DNA of 64,000 nucleotides, from assembly GCA_013239625.1 (NCBI GenBank), contig MU053629.1, positions 2,197,567 to 2,261,566 on the forward strand. The letters run 5' to 3'. Every line of letters starts with the position of its first letter. Position 1 is the first letter of the stretch. The notes beneath the pieces are model-generated. The model was not told the origin of the DNA. It made no database searches and saw only the letters and a list, made by a program, of their open reading frames with translations. Positions 1 through 14,600 of this stretch are shown piece after piece. This DNA is from Lama guanicoe (Eukaryota). The position numbers and the translations under genes are program-made.

Positions 1-3000
1 AGTATTGCTTCCTCTGAGTGTTGTGAAACAAGGACAGTGTGCTAAGATAGCCTCCTTCTAAATATATGTGTATATAGACTTTCCCTCTGAATGGAAAGTA
101 GCCTTACTAGGATGGTAATGAAATAACTTGGTACTTTGCCAGATGGCTTAAAATAACTGTATGAAATGAGAACTTCTTGGAATGTGACTTTTTTTTCTCT
201 TTCTGCAGTAGATTAGAAAAGAAGTTGTTTGATATGTTGTTAGGCAAAATCTTAGTGTGAGGGAGAAGAGAAAGATGTGTTTTGGGGCTGTTGATGTGAT
301 CATACTGTGACACAGAACAGTGCATGTAGTGAAATTTTACTAGGAGTTTCTCTTTAGACCAGTGGAATTAACTGAATGTTGATTAAGGATGTGAGGTAAA
401 CAACAAAGATGTTCAAAAGGCATATATTTTTGCCACAGGTACTGTGTTAGAAATGTAAATATAATATATCTCTTCTGTAGTGGTCCCCTCCTCCCTTCTG
501 GCAGTTGTAAGTTAATTTATTTAGTCTCTTGCATGTATGTGCCTGTTCTCTCATTCTAATCTTTTTATTAAATCAGATCAACCCAGGCTTTTTTTTTTAA
601 AAAAATACAACATATAGTCTATATTCATCTTTATTTAGAAACTGATATATATATTTTGATGTAAAAAAAATGCAGAGACATAGCCTAGTTTTCAATATAT
701 AAAAATGAAATATCTATTTTGATTCATGTGTAAAATCTTTGCTTATTCATTCACATTATATTTTAAATGGAGGCTTGTTTTAATCTAGATTTATAGGTAC
801 CATCATATAGTTATGAAGCTGATAAATCCCTGTCTTATTATTATATTGTCAAGATCAACCTAGCATTTTGTCTGGAAATCCATTCTAGCAACCTGAGCAA
901 AACCTATAAAGGAAGAAAAGAAAGATTATCTTTAAAACCAAACTCTCAAACCCTGGAGATGTGAAAACCATACCAAAATAGGCCATTTTAATATTTCATA
1001 GTTTGAAAGAGGTTATCTCATTGCCTGAGGGATAAATGCATCTCAACTTTTTCACCATTTATTATATTTGAAATACACATATCTCTATGGAGCTCAAAAC
1101 TGTGATTCTTCCAACGTGTGTCTTGCTTGGATCCTAAGCCTGATGTTAATCCAAAACCACTGTGGTTTAGGTGCTGCTTTTATCTTATGCATATCATTTT
1201 GAAGAGGTTCCTCGCTGGCAGTGTTTTATTTTTGTACTGAAAATGTGTGTTGGAATGCAGAGGTTTTCATTTTGACGAATACCTTTGTAATAAAGCTGAA
1301 GTTAATAGCAGTGCTATTAAGGATAGCTTCCCCTAACAGTCATACCAGTTTGGATTTAAGCAAGATTAGAATTAGAAGACTAAAGTCCTACCTTTTTTTT
1401 TTTTTAATTTCATAAGGAAACTGAGGTCAAGAGTGCTTAAATGACCACAGCTAATGTCTAGAAATCTTGAGGATGCTAGAAAAAATCCTTCACAAAATTA
1501 AAGTTTGCTTGTTATAGAGAACATGGAGGAACAGACTGAGGGAAGGCCTCCCCGATCTTTTGAAAGACAGCTTAAGAATTTGTGCTGTAGATATTTTCCC
1601 CTTATTAGAATACGTCTCACTCACTTATTTTTCCAAAGATTCCTTCTCCAGCACATGATTAGCCAAATGCCTTCTTGAAGTGAAGATTCAGTGTTTTCTA
1701 ACTCCTTAGAGAATTATAGGATTAGTACCATTTGTCACCTGCTGATCAGTTTTATCTGCTTAGGGAGACTGTGTGCTGGTAGGTTATATAGTGTATTCTA
1801 CAAGAAGGGGACAGATGTACAGAGCACTGGAAATTGTGGCAACCTCTCCATAGTGCAACAGGGACCATGTTTCAGCTACCCATATTGGGCAAATAGTTTA
1901 CTCACCAGAATGTCATTTTGGGACTTTCGACTTTCTCTCCTGGGTTCGTTCCTGGCTTGCTCGGATGAACATTAGCAAGTTCCATTTTAACCCTTCTGAT
2001 GGCACCCACTGTAGAGTAGTACAAGAATTATGGAAGGTGCGCTCACCTTATATGCACATGTTCTGACCTGAAATAAGGATAGGCTAAAAATGAGAAAAAC
2101 TTACTTGATTTTTTAAAACTGATGATTTAGTAGCCAACTCCTGATCTGCTTTTAGTCCAAAAAGAGCTGCTGAGATCTGGCTTGTGAACCCTCTAGACTG
2201 TATTCTGTAGTAAAGGTCAATGGACAATGCCCCATTGGAGGATCCCTAGGCCAAATTTTATAACAGCAACTGCAGCAGCAGCAGCATGTTTAACATTCAT
2301 CAGGATGTGTGCCAGGCAACAAGGTTGAATGCTTTTTACATGCTGTTGCATTTAATTCTCACAGTAGTTCTGGGAGACATGTATTACTATGATTTCCATT
2401 TTAACTAATGGGAAAACTGGCTAAAAGAGGTTAAATGACTTGCCTAAAGTTATACAGCAATAGTGGAGGATCTCTTTCTCTCCCTCATCTTTCTAAAAGA
2501 CTTCCTCTCAGTCATCGCCTTCTATTTATCTTCACCCTTTATTTCTGTTTGAAGAAGTCTTTCACACCCTTATCACAATCATTCTTAAACCACAACTCTC
2601 CTCTACTACTTCCTAAAAAACTCCACATCTGTGGAATTTTTCAGGGATATTCTTTTATGTGACATTTTCTTTTCTGCAAGGTTCAGATTATAAGTAAAAT
2701 GGTTAAGAAAATTTACATATTGGAAACAGACCCAGAAACTTAAGTTTTGTTCATTATAGAGATTTGGCAGGAAAAACTCTATCCTTTTAAAGAAGCTCTT
2801 GGTGACATTCACAGACAAGTAATTGAAAACTGAGACTGATAGATGCTGACAAAAAATTAGGTGATATGGTTGATCCTACTGGTTATGGTAAAAGCTAGAA
2901 CATTATCCTAGTTTACTAGAAAGTCAAAGAACTTTAAGGAGAAGTTGGAAAGAAGAAAAAACACACTGTGCATGGCCCACATTACATTTATGAACTTAAA

Positions 3001-4169
3001 TCTTTCCTGCCTGCTGATTAGAAATCTCAGCTCCCAACCTGAACTCTAAGAAATCCAGCTTTTTGTTATCCTGGCTTAAGAGGGACTCAGACTCTGCCCA
3101 ATATTCAAGCTCTTGGACCTGAAATGTTTGAATATTACCTATGGAAAAATGGGTAAATATAAGGTCATGCATATGGGAGGGTGGCATGAGATAAACTGAA
3201 ATATATGAACCTAAATATATAATGCATATTGTATCTTATGTGTTATATGTCATATGTATTTGGGTTTTGAATAGTCATTTGTAACCCAGGAAAGGAATCC
3301 AGAAATTACTTTAGAACTCCTTAAGTGAAGGCAAGAGCAGTGGCTGTGTGTTAATTTACAGGGATATAATCAGGAAGACTTTAAGAAGGAACAGAAAATG
3401 TTATCCTTTGGGGATAATGACAAATAAGTTTAAAAGTAAAATATTTTGAATGTTCCTGGTAAAACCTGAAAAAGGTCCTGAGAAGGGTATTTATCCCGAA
3501 AATATAGGCTGAAGTATAGACTTTTTTTTTCTTTTTTAGCTCTAGAAAGCCTGAAAGTTGATGGAGTAGTGTGTATCAAAAAGCCTTAAACTATACATAC
3601 CCTTTTACTCACTAATCATTAATTATTTAATAATAATCCAGAATATTCTCATGATCCAACCATAACTCATTTCTGTAGTAGAACTGAGTAGATGAGAAGG
3701 ATTGGTTTTTGCTGTCTGGCCATAGTAATACTTTTGTGGTGGAACACCTTGACTATTCAAGTGTTTCTTTTGAGGCAAATGCAAAAATTCAGTACTCTTT
3801 AAGAGCAGGAAAGGTTTGAAGGGTTTTATATCTTGAATAGGCATATTAAGGATGAAGTATGGTTCCACCTTCTAAAAAAAATGAAATAAATATTCCATCA
3901 ACAGGTTATTTTAGAATAAATAAATAGAAGCTGAACTCACTCCAGAGAAGGTGACTGGAGAGGCACTATGATTGCCTGTCTTTCAAGGATCACAAGGATT
4001 GGGAAAGGGCAATTTTCTATGAAAGATGGATACTGGGCGTACAAAAACCACATGTACACTATGGTTTTAAAAATTAAAATCTAAAAAGACAAAGACTTGG
4101 AGGCAATATGCTCAAATGTATATAAAATATAAAGATTATAGAACTTTTATGGACATCAACTCTTAAATT

Positions 4170-4496
4170 CCAGAAGCTTGTCCATCAGAATGAACTTCAG
4201 GGTTTTTGTTAGTGGTTAGAAAAGAACCTGTCTTTTTCACTGAGCTTGGAAGAGCTTGTAAAGCTTGAACTGCTGCAGCTACCCAGGAGGAGAGCCTCTC
4301 TGAACATGAAGCAGGACCAGAGAAAACAGCATCAAGAGAAGGAGGGATAGAAACTAGGCCTCCTGGCATCATTTGAGTCCCTGTATCAGGCCATGCCTAA
4401 TTTGGAGTTTTTAAATTATCTGATAGCCACCAAATTCCCTTTTTGCCAGTTTGGCTGTGGTTTTCTGTTACTTGTAACTGAAAAAATCCTAATACA
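4170..4496 (+). mobile_element. MLT1J-like MaLR LTR fragment
   Basis: gcatcatttgagtccctgtatcaggccatgcct...ttttctgttacttgtaactgaaaaaatcctaataca. Confidence 0.6.
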
Positions 4497-4884
4497 ATCT
4501 CCTTAAAGATCATAAAGTCCAACTATTTCATTTCATAAAATCAAAGTACAATGAATTGTCTAAAGTTATACAGCTAAATGTACACAGTGTGTCTTTTGGA
4601 ATGACAGTGACTGCTATTGGCAGAGAACTGACCCCAGCATTGTAACTCTTACTATTTTCCCAAACTATTAGATAAGAGTTCTGTCCATAGACCATAGCAT
4701 TTCATGATTGATATCTTTAATGACTCAGTCATCTGTGAACTTAGTGGATAATATTTGGCTAGCTGTTCTCATGTTGCCCATTTCCTGGGCCTCCTTCAGC
4801 TTCTAGAATAAGCAGATTTAAACATTTTTCCATGGGCTTGTCTAGTAACAAGAAATGAAATATGGACCTCAAATATATGCCAAT

Positions 4885-5190
4885 ATATGCTTTCCTGCCT
4901 TAAGGGTTTACATATGCTATTCCCTCTGCCTGCATTGCTTATCCCTAGGTTCTTCATGTCTTCTCTTCTTTTAGGAGTCAGCTTAAATCCAGCCTCTTCA
5001 GAGATGCCATCCCCTACGACCCTGGGCAGCTCAAATTGTCCTCTCACCTCTTATCACTTGCCCTATTTGTTCTCCAGTAGGTTTCTGATTTATATTTATT
5101 TACCAGTCTGTTTCATTTACCACTCCATACCAGTGTCTAGGACAGGACCTACACGTGAGGGATACTCAATAATTACTTGTTAAGTGATTG
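4885..5190 (+). mobile_element. L2 3' end
   Basis: catatgctattccctctgcctgca...cagtgtctaggacagg...actcaataattacttgtt. Confidence 0.6.
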
Positions 5191-5761
5191 CATTGTAAGG
5201 TATTCAGAGCTTAAAGAAAAACAGTAAAAAGTACTAAGCATTTGGGCCCTTCCCCAGCCCTGTCCCAAGTACCTTAATTGCCCTCACACCTCCACTGACT
5301 GAACAGACAGCGTGAATCCTGAAGAGAGTGGAAACTAAAAGCTGTATTTAACCACTGGTCTGATAATTGTCTCAGGCATTTCTGAGTTAATATTTTATTA
5401 CCTCTATTCTTCAGCTTGTCATGTCTTGTTTTTTCTCTTTGTGACTTCTCACCTACCCACTTGACTCTGACTCAGATTCCTCACACTAAAAGGGTATATC
5501 AGAGAAGCGAGGCGGCCCTGGGAGCAGGCGAGGAAGGATGAAATGACGAGGGCCACTAGAAATCTCTTTCAGGACTCTTACGCGCTAAGGTCACCGTTTG
5601 AATCTAGAATGAGAGGGACTTTGAGTGCCTCTTTTTCTTGCTCAGTGCCCTCAACTTGAGTGCTTAGCTGGCAGGCGGGTACCTTTTCTTCCTCAGTTAC
5701 TGTCAGAACAACATGAAGGTCAGGCAGAGAGAGACAAATGAGAGCAGCTCAGGGAAGGGAG

Positions 5762-5775
5762 GTTACCACGGTAAC
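5762..5775. promoter_or_regulatory. Candidate RFX X-box in a repeat-free, CpG-containing intronic segment
   Basis: GTTACCACGGTAAC differs by one base from the palindromic X-box GTTACCATGGTAAC. Confidence 0.45.
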
Positions 5776-6479
5776 AAGCCGGCAGGCCTGCTATTTGGAA
5801 ACAGGCCTAATCTTTCTCCTCCTTCTCCCTCCTTCTCAGCACAAGAAGATGGGTATTGTTTAGCTGACCTGCATCCTTGGGGTGGGAACCATAATCCCTT
5901 TCTGACAGTTCCCAGTGACACTGGAATGAGCTGCTTTGCATTTTAATTTGATAAGCAGCAGCCGCAGTTTTCTCAGAAGTGCTGGAGACACGGCTTTTTC
6001 TGGCCCTGTTCCAGGTAGGATTCTGGTTGCCACAGAGAGGAGTTTGGGATTATTGTTTATTTCTCAACAAAGAGTTTGCATATTTGCACATGTGTGGAAG
6101 ATGCCACTCAGTCCTTGATCACTAGAATCAAATGAATACAAGCAGTCCCTGGGGAAGAATATCTGCCCTGCGAAGATCATAGCAATGTTGCTGTAGTACT
6201 CCCCATATCCCCAGCTCTTAGGGGCCACCCAGCGGTTTTGGGCTAGTCCTATGGCCCGCTGTCCCCGGGACCTGTGCAGTGGAAGTACCTGCTTAAGGTT
6301 GCTACCCTTCTTCCTCCCCTTTCTGCTTACATGCCTCACTGTTCATACTCTTTCACCTACCTGCCTATTTCCTCATTAACCTAAGTCCTTTTTCTTATAA
6401 TAAACCTAAACCTTCACATATGTAAATTTCTCTCCCTTTTCCTATAAAATAAAAACAGCTTTTTAAAAACTAATAATAA

Positions 6480-7050
6480 ATTCTGAATATAATGAAAAGT
6501 CTGATACTGAAAAATATAAAAGAGAAACTCAACTTCTGTTCTGACTTCTGATTGACATATTGTACAGAGTTGTATATAGTTACATAAAGATCAGTTTAAC
6601 ATCAATGGGCTAATTTAGCACGTGCTGTATTGTAAACTTTTTTCACTCAGAAATATGATGTCAATATCTGTCTGTGATGGTAGATCTGTGCCACAATGGA
6701 CATTCAGATTGTTTCTGGGATTTTGTTAGTTTGGCTGTTAAAAACAACGCTGAAGCAAACTGTACACCATACATCTTTGTGCACTTGTCCTGTTACCATC
6801 TTAATGTAAATTCTACAAGTAGACTTTCCGGACAAAAGAGCATGTACATTTTACATTTTAATACCTGTTATTGCCAAATCGCCCTCTCCGGAGTTTCTGC
6901 CAGTTTATACTCCCACCAACTAATATTGAGTAAGAGTGTGTTTTTTTCTGTGCTCTTGCCAAATTGAATATTGTTCAGCTCTCATCTTTGCCAGTCAGAT
7001 AGATGGAAAATCATACTGTGTTTTCATTTGTACTTACATATTTTTCTGAA
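6480..7050 (-). mobile_element. Old L1ME-like fragment
   Basis: ttgccaaatcgccctc...ccagtttatactcccaccaac. Confidence 0.55.
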
Positions 7051-8464
7051 GTCCTTAAAAAATGCTCAGAAGACCCTTCAGATACAGCACTGAAGACCCA
7101 CCTCCTTCTTCTAACACGCTTCCCATCTTCTCCTAGAATGCTGGCAACTGAACAGTTAAAAAAACAAAATAAAACTGATCTCATTCATCTTTCTCCAGCC
7201 TCCCCAAATCAAAACTAAAACCTATTTGTCCTTTTTTTTCCCTCTTTCTTTCTTTTTAACTTTCAGTAATAGAATGCTATCCACTTGAATTTAAGCTCCA
7301 GAGACTGGGATTTTGGCCTTTTTCCATGACATATCCTCAGCACCTAGAATAGTGCCTGGCATGGATTTAGTACGTAGTAAACATTTGTGGAATAAATCAT
7401 CTCTCAGCTATCTGAATCAGAAATTCTAATCATACCTGACTCCTTTACTGATTGATTACCTCCATGTCTGAAACTTCATGAAGTCAGGTTGCTTATATGT
7501 CCTGAATGTCTCTTGAGCCCTTCCCTTGCTTCTTACTTACTGGGTTTATTGCAACAGGCAGCTAGCTAGGAGCCCTCTTTTTAAATTTCTTTTAGTCTAC
7601 CCTCTTCTATTAGTTTTACTTTTAAATATACAAATCTGATAACATTACTCCTTTGCTTTAATTCTGCAGAAGTTTCTTAATACTTGTAAGTTAAGTCCAA
7701 ATTTTACTGTCCCTGTACTCTATTCCAACCAACCTGCAGTTCTTTGAATATACTGTTTTGTTTGTTCATGCCGGTGCACAAGCTATTCCTTGTGTTTGGA
7801 ATATGATTTCTTATTCTTTTCTTGGGAAACTCTTACTTATCCTTTAGGTCCACTGCACTATGAAGCCTTCCCTATTCTCCCTGGCAGTTGCTCCCTGGCA
7901 GGGTACTTGCACCCTTTGTTCATCTCTGTTGTGATTATTTGTTTATCAGTTCGTCTCCTAATCTAAAATGAAGTTTTGCAAGCAAGGATACAAACTTTGT
8001 ATTGACTCTATAAATATAGGATATCATTTTCTGAACCTTATAGAGTTGTGTGGTTCTCCTTATTATTACTCTGTTGAATGGATTAGTGAGTATTTTAAGT
8101 GCTTTGACGTCTTTCTAAGTTACAATATTTAAGAAACTTGACTTTTCTGTCTTTTGAAAGATAAGTTGCCCCTTTCAATTTCTGTAGGATTTTGTAAGCC
8201 CTGTATGTTAAGTATGTTCTACAAATTCTAAATTTCTTTTGTTACCGGGAAAAGGGAAATAAGAATTACCTCATTTCTTAGTCACCTGAAAAAAAGATTT
8301 TTGATGAGAGACAGCGTGATATAAGCAAGATTTTTAGTAGTGAAGTAAAAGAGTAAAAGATAGTATACTACTGAGAATTGGGAGCCAGCCCATCCAAGAG
8401 AGGAAAAATGGTGCCGCTCCCTCGTTTTTTCCTGGTTTTTTTTTTTTTTTATAGCCTGGTTTTG

Positions 8465-8491
8465 TGATTGATTGATTGATTGACTGATTGA
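8465..8491. repeat. (TGAT)n tetranucleotide repeat
   Basis: tgattgattgattgattgactgattga. Confidence 0.85.
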
Positions 8492-9204
8492 CAGCTCAGG
8501 TTCCTTGTGTTCTGGATTGTTCCTTTCCCCGTCCTCTCCCCCTGCCCGGTACTCATTTCTATCTAAATTACCTAACATTTTCAGTGTTGTTACTTGGTAT
8601 TTTCCTTTTTGTTGATTTATATTAGAAGAGCTAAGCTAAGAAATTATTGTTGAAGAGTGAAATATAGTTTAGCAAGGCTTAATTCTGTCGATAGGTATTT
8701 TCAGTTCCACTTCAAAGGATGTTTATACTGAAGAATCAGAACCATGTTATAATGGAACTTTAAGCAGGAATCAATATATGAAACTTAGGATTTATCATTA
8801 CTAATGTGCAAATCCAGATCTAAAAAGTAGATTTAAAAATTCTTGAACTTTTGTTCTTTTTTATAAAAGATGAGTTTGCTTTACCTAAGGACTGTTCAGT
8901 GGCAAGTATCCTCTTTCCTGTTTGTCAAACCACCTCAAGTTTTTAAAGTTCAAGTGTGTAAAACCACATTAATCACAATGGAAAATATTGAAAGAGTTTG
9001 CACACATAGTCAGAGATCTTGTTGTCTAGGGAATCCTGGTAAATGGAGAGAACCAGAAGGCTGCAGATGGCAAATGTCCAAATTTTCAAAATTGTAGACA
9101 ATTAAACTTAACATTGATCTTCAACAAAATCCTGAAACAAAATGTTGAGCAAATAGTTTCTGAATTACTGGCACTCTTCTCCCTGGTCATGCCTAAGCTC
9201 CTTT

Positions 9205-9830
9205 GGCACAGCGTGGTGTAATGAAAGGAGCTTAAGTTTTAAAGCCGGACATACCTTGGTTCAAATCCTGACTTCACCACTTAATGACTGGGTCATTATG
9301 GACATATCAGTTAACCTTTCTGGGGCTGTGTTTATTTTCTGTAGAACAGCGATGTCATCTACTTCACAGGGGTGTTAGATTTACTGAGATAACATGTAGG
9401 ACTCCCAGCACATGGTAGACATACAGTAGCTTCTAATTATCTTCCCATCACCTCGTCATGCTTTCCTTCACCCAGTGCAGTTTAGCTTCTGTGCCTTACC
9501 CTTTCCTGCAAGTTCATCTTAAATAACACCAGTCCGTTTTCTTCATGAAACCCCATTTCCCCTTGACTTCTTGTGATATCGTTCAGATTGGTTCTCAGTT
9601 CTTTATTATCACATGCGTTCTAGAGCCAGATGGCTTCAGTTTAAATCCCATTCTTATCGCTTAGTAGCTGTGTAACCTTGGCCGAGCTACCTAACCTATG
9701 TGGCCTTAGTGTTTCATCTTTAAAAGGAGATACTATGTTAATTACCACAGAGGGTGGTTTGGAGGAATACATGTAAAATGCTTTGAAAAGTGCTTGGTAC
9801 ACACACACAGTAAGCAGTAATTGAAGTTTG
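9205..9830 (+). mobile_element. Two MIR SINEs (about 9205-9435 and 9615-9830)
   Basis: MIR core motifs ggttcaaatcctgacttcaccactta and tagtagctgtgtaaccttggcc. Confidence 0.65.
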
Positions 9831-9859
9831 CTTTTATTGTTATGGTTATTACCATTTTA

Positions 9860-10770
9860 AGCTGTTTTGTGGTCTTTTCTTCTAGGATTTAAGCCTTTAA
9901 ATGTTGATAATCCTTACTTTCTCTCCTCGGCTTTCTTTTTTTCTCTCTGTGTCCTCTGTCCCTGGGCTATCTCACCCAGACAAGCCCATGCCCTGACCTT
10001 TCTCCTGAGTTCCAGCTCTGAATACCCAGCTACCTGTTTAAAACTCATGTCCAAAGTTGAACTTGTTTTCTGATTCTGTCCCACCAACAGTTTGTTATTG
10101 TTGCTTTTTCCTTCTATCTCCTGTCCTGAGATAATGGCACCAGAAACCTTGAAGTCAGGTCAGATTTTTCTACCTCTCTGATATTAAGCCAGTCACCAAG
10201 TCCTTTGATTCCACTTGTAACTCATTCCTTTCTTTCTTTAACAACTACTGCTGCTTTGGCTCAAGCCATCATTATATCTTACTTAGACTATTGTAGTGGA
10301 TTTCTGCTTGGTGTCCTTTCCTTCTGATTAATCTCTCTCAAAGCCAAGGTAAAAAATTTTAAAGCTTATTGGATCACACCACTTTCCTGCTTAAAACTCC
10401 ACAGTGACCTTCTTTACTATGACATGTAATCTTCCACCACTCCCATCCCCTCCATGCCAAGTTATTGTGGTCCTCTCTCAGGTCTTTAGTATTTGGTACT
10501 GCATCTGACTAAAATAACCTAATTTTCCTTTCCTTTCTGTTGAACTTATTCTGAAGACTCAGCTGAAGTGTCACCTGTCTCTCTCCCAGGTGGACATAAG
10601 TGACTTTGCCCCCTTTGTACTTACCTCTTTTGCATCCTTTATGACATTGCTTTAATTACTTGTTCACATTTGTTTACCCGACCTGACCTAGGGACAGGGA
10701 TCATATTAAGATTCATCAAATGCCATATGCAGTGCTTAGACCATAGTAAGCATTTATTATTTCTGAATGA
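9860..10770 (+). mobile_element. L2 3' region
   Basis: aaactcatgtccaaagttgaactt, caagccatcattatatcttacttagactattg and a tgaatgaa terminus. Confidence 0.65.
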
Positions 10771-11155
10771 AGAAAGGAATCCAGAAAAAACAATGCTTAT
10801 TAGAAACCAAATTAAGTTCTAAAGCGAGGCACTCTAAACTTTCTTTCTCTTTTCCCAATAGAGTTGTTGGGTGGGTAGATTGGAGTGCCTTGCTTTCTTT
10901 GAGATATCTGAAAAAGCCTTTCATGATATTTTTGATGACATATCAATGAAATATGGCCTGGATGGTGATATAGTTAGGTGTCTTTGTAGTCGGCTGAGGA
11001 GCTATATTTAAAGTATTGATTACTAGAGGTTTGTCAGCTGGGATGGAGGTGGTATACCGTAAGACTCTGCCTTTCATCAAGTCTTGTTCAGCATTTGTAT
11101 GATAACTTCTTTGGCTAAATACAAAATATGCATATAATTTTGTGGGTGATATATA

Positions 11156-11602
11156 GTGGTCAGGACTTTCTCAGTTATGATACAAACCTGGCTCAAGCTA
11201 GTTTAAGCAAACAAGGAATTTGTAGGTTCCCATCAATGGAGTTTGATAGTTTCAGGCAGGGGCTCAAATAATGTCACTGGGATTCTGTCTTTGCTTATCT
11301 CCCTATCCTACTTCTCCCTGAATTGGCTTTGTTCTTAGACAAGCCTTCGTCATATGTTAGGAGAAACAGCTACTGGCAGCTCCAGATTTAATTAGTCCTT
11401 CCAGCTTAAGTGACCAGGGGAAGAAAGAATCTCTGTAGCTTGTGGAGAACCTATTCCATGTAGTCTGGGTGGAATTGGGCACACTCCTGTAGTGGAATGA
11501 AGTTGGGAGAAATGGATTTCCCACAGGAAAGAGAAATTCCTCTATCAGAAGAAGGAGGGAAAACATAATGAAGTCAGAACTATACTAGAATGAACCACTA
11601 CA
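11156..11602 (-). mobile_element. Old MLT1 (K/L-like) LTR
   Basis: gtggtcaggactttctcagtt...aacctggctcaagctagtttaagcaaacaaggaattt and ggcagctccagattta. Confidence 0.55.
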
Positions 11603-14600
11603 GATGGTAAGTCAAGTACTGAATGTCTGACTAGAGATTGGCAATGTCATAAGAGACTGAAAGATAGTAATAATGACAATATCTGTAATTTAATTCTGTC
11701 AATCACCATCATTATTGTTATTAGCTATTATTTACTGAACTTCTACTGTACCTTGGGCACCGTACACTGAACACTTTATATTCAGTTAATTGCTACAGTG
11801 ACCATATGAAATACAGGACCCCTTGATGTTTTTATAGAGCTGAGATTTCAACCAGTCTGTCTTTGAAGAAGATGAGCATTTAAAGTTTAAAACAGTTACC
11901 TACATTTTTTATTACATAAACAAATAAGGTACAGAACAGCCGGTACATATAAGCAAGCAAATATGTAGGCATTATGTTGGTTACTTCTGGGAAAGGAAAC
12001 TGCAGGGGTGGTCAGAGATGGAAGAGAATGTTTGCAGAGTTTGAGTAGAAAAGATCTAGGGAGTTTTAATACATGTGAAATTCAGTATGAGCTTTCAAGT
12101 GTGACGACTCTTAGAATAACTAATACTGGCTATCATTTGAGATTGCCAGAATACTTTAGACACATTGCTAGGCACTTGACATATGTTAAAGAATTTAATC
12201 TTTTAAGCTACCCAGTAGAGTAAGAGTTATTTTCTCACCACAGGTGGTCCCCACCTGATAAAGTTCAGATAGGTGTTTTATGACTACCTGTTATAGAAGA
12301 GATTTCATCCTTGAGTGGTGAGGTTAGTTAGATGATTTTTTTAAGGCTCTTCCGCACTATGATGCTATGATTTTGTCTGTGCATATTCTTTTAGGAAAAT
12401 ATATGTGATATAAAATTAAATGCTACAATGTAAACATGATCTCTAGGAACTCAAATAGCTTTGTTGCTTAAGGTACTTTCTTTAGATAGAATTATTTCTC
12501 ATTGGAATTACCCACTGTTTCCTGTCAAATCCACAAGTCTTATGTGGAAGTTAAAATCAGTGGCTATTCTGTAACCTTATAGAACACAAAGTTTCCTAGG
12601 AGACACCTGGGCATTGAAGCCTACCTAAGCAGATGGCCATTTCCCGCTTGGTTAACAGTGCTAAGGTGTCCATAATCAGGAGTTAACCCATAGTGTACAA
12701 CACCCTTCAGACCACTTTGAGGTTTTATCTCTATACCTTTAGCTTAAATACAGACAGGGAAGAATTCTGTAGGAAATGATGGCTTCTGGTTAATTAAGGA
12801 CCCATTTAAAAATTTCTTTTAGATCAGGCATGTTTAATTTCTGAACTACTAGATTACAATTTCAGAGAAGTCTTATCCTTGACAATTTGAAAACAAATAC
12901 TCAATGGAGCAGTTGATTCCCCCGCCCCTTGCAAGGGAGAGGGTCCGTTTTATCACTTGTTAATGACCAGCATTTGTTTGTCCATTTTATAAACAATTAA
13001 CTGAGCCCTTTATTCTCCCAGATTTTAAAAATACTCACTTACTACTCAGTTGCTGAAATTTCTTAATACCTCAGTTGTGAATGTCCCCTGCTTATAAAAT
13101 CATTAGTCTGTGGATCTTAGAAGTGATCTTTCCTACTCCACTCTTCCTAATAATTTTCCCTGCCTTCGTGTCTCTTTTTCCTTCACCCTCTTTCCAAATT
13201 GCCTGGTTGTGGCAGACACACTTGTTTGCCTATTGAACAGGCAGTCTCTCTTAACTTCTTTACCACAGAATCCCAGTTTTGTTGAGCAATCAGTGGCATA
13301 TGCTTCTGGAGAAGCTGATCATTTACCCCATCTGACAACATGAAACTTAATTAATTCTCAAAATATAGCATTCAGACACCTAAGTATCTTTGAGACCTTT
13401 GCAGAGGTCCTGCTAGGTCAAAACTGTTTTCATAATAATGCTAAGGCATTATTTGCCTTTTTTCACTCTGTTGACATTTGCACCAAAGGTGCAAAAGCAA
13501 TGGTAGATAAAGTGGCTGACATCTTGGCGCAAATCAAATCAGTGACACCAAATAGTACTAGTAGTCATTACATTGTTCACTGCTATGCCCTCACAGTTAA
13601 AGGTAGACATTTTTATAAAGCCAGTTGCACTTTAAAATGTCTTTACTAAAGCAGCAACAATGATTAACTTATCAAATCTCCACCTTTGACTACATCATTT
13701 ATGTTCTATGTGGCAAAATGGGAAGTACCCATGAAGCACTTCTGCCGCATGCCAACATTTGTGCAATAGAGTTGCGAGCTGAACTAGCCAGTTTCTTCGT
13801 GGAATGCCATTTTAACTTGAGAAAACAACTGACAGTTATAGTTATTCATACTTGGGTGTTTGGCCGACATTTTCTTAAGTTAATGAAATGAGCCTTAGGA
13901 AAACAACTAATAATTATTTGCTGTTAATGATAAAATTTGAGCTTTCAAGCTAACAGTATAATTTTGGAAAATTTGTACCTGCCCCTCGCCCCCATGAGTT
14001 TGACAGCTTACCAGTATTTAAAGAGTTTTTTAATGAGCTCAGAGACAATATTAACAAGTAAGACTTTTTGATATTAATGGAATATGTCAGTATTTGAAAG
14101 AGCTGTATAACTCAGTGAACCAGTATTTTCCAAATGACTAATGCATGATATTTAAAAGAAAATCATGCACGTAAAGAAACATTCCAAGTGCAAGCTAGAC
14201 CAAGGATTGTAATCTAAGAGTATAAAAAGTTTATTGATACAGTTTCAGATTCCACATTGCCACTAATCTTTAAGAACTATCACTTGTTAAGTTTTAGTAT
14301 CATATCAAAGAACAATATCGGCACTTATCTGTAAAGGAGATATATATATATATGTCTCTGTGAGATCAGTTTCCTTTATATACTTCAACCAAAACAGTTC
14401 ACCAACAAATTGAATGCAGTAGACATGAAAAACAAAATCTATGTATAACTGAATCACTGTGCTGTACTGCAGAAACTAACGCATTGTAAATCTACTGTAC
14501 TTCAGTAAAATTTTTTTAGAAAATAGCAAAGTAGACATGAGACTCTAGCAGTCTTCCGTTAAACCAGACATTGAAGAGATGTGCAAAATGTAAATTAGTG

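Larger units (their letters stand above)
8990..12370 (+). mobile_element. Fragmented L3/CR1 LINE relic (pieces at about 8990-9170, 10770-11150, 12045-12110 and 12280-12370)
   Basis: CR1-like RT-region motifs: gcagatggcaaatgtccaaattttcaaaa, aatatggcctggatggtgatatagttaggtg, gtcttgttcagcatttgtat and aaagatctagggagttttaa...agtatgagctttcaagtgtgac. Confidence 0.6.
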
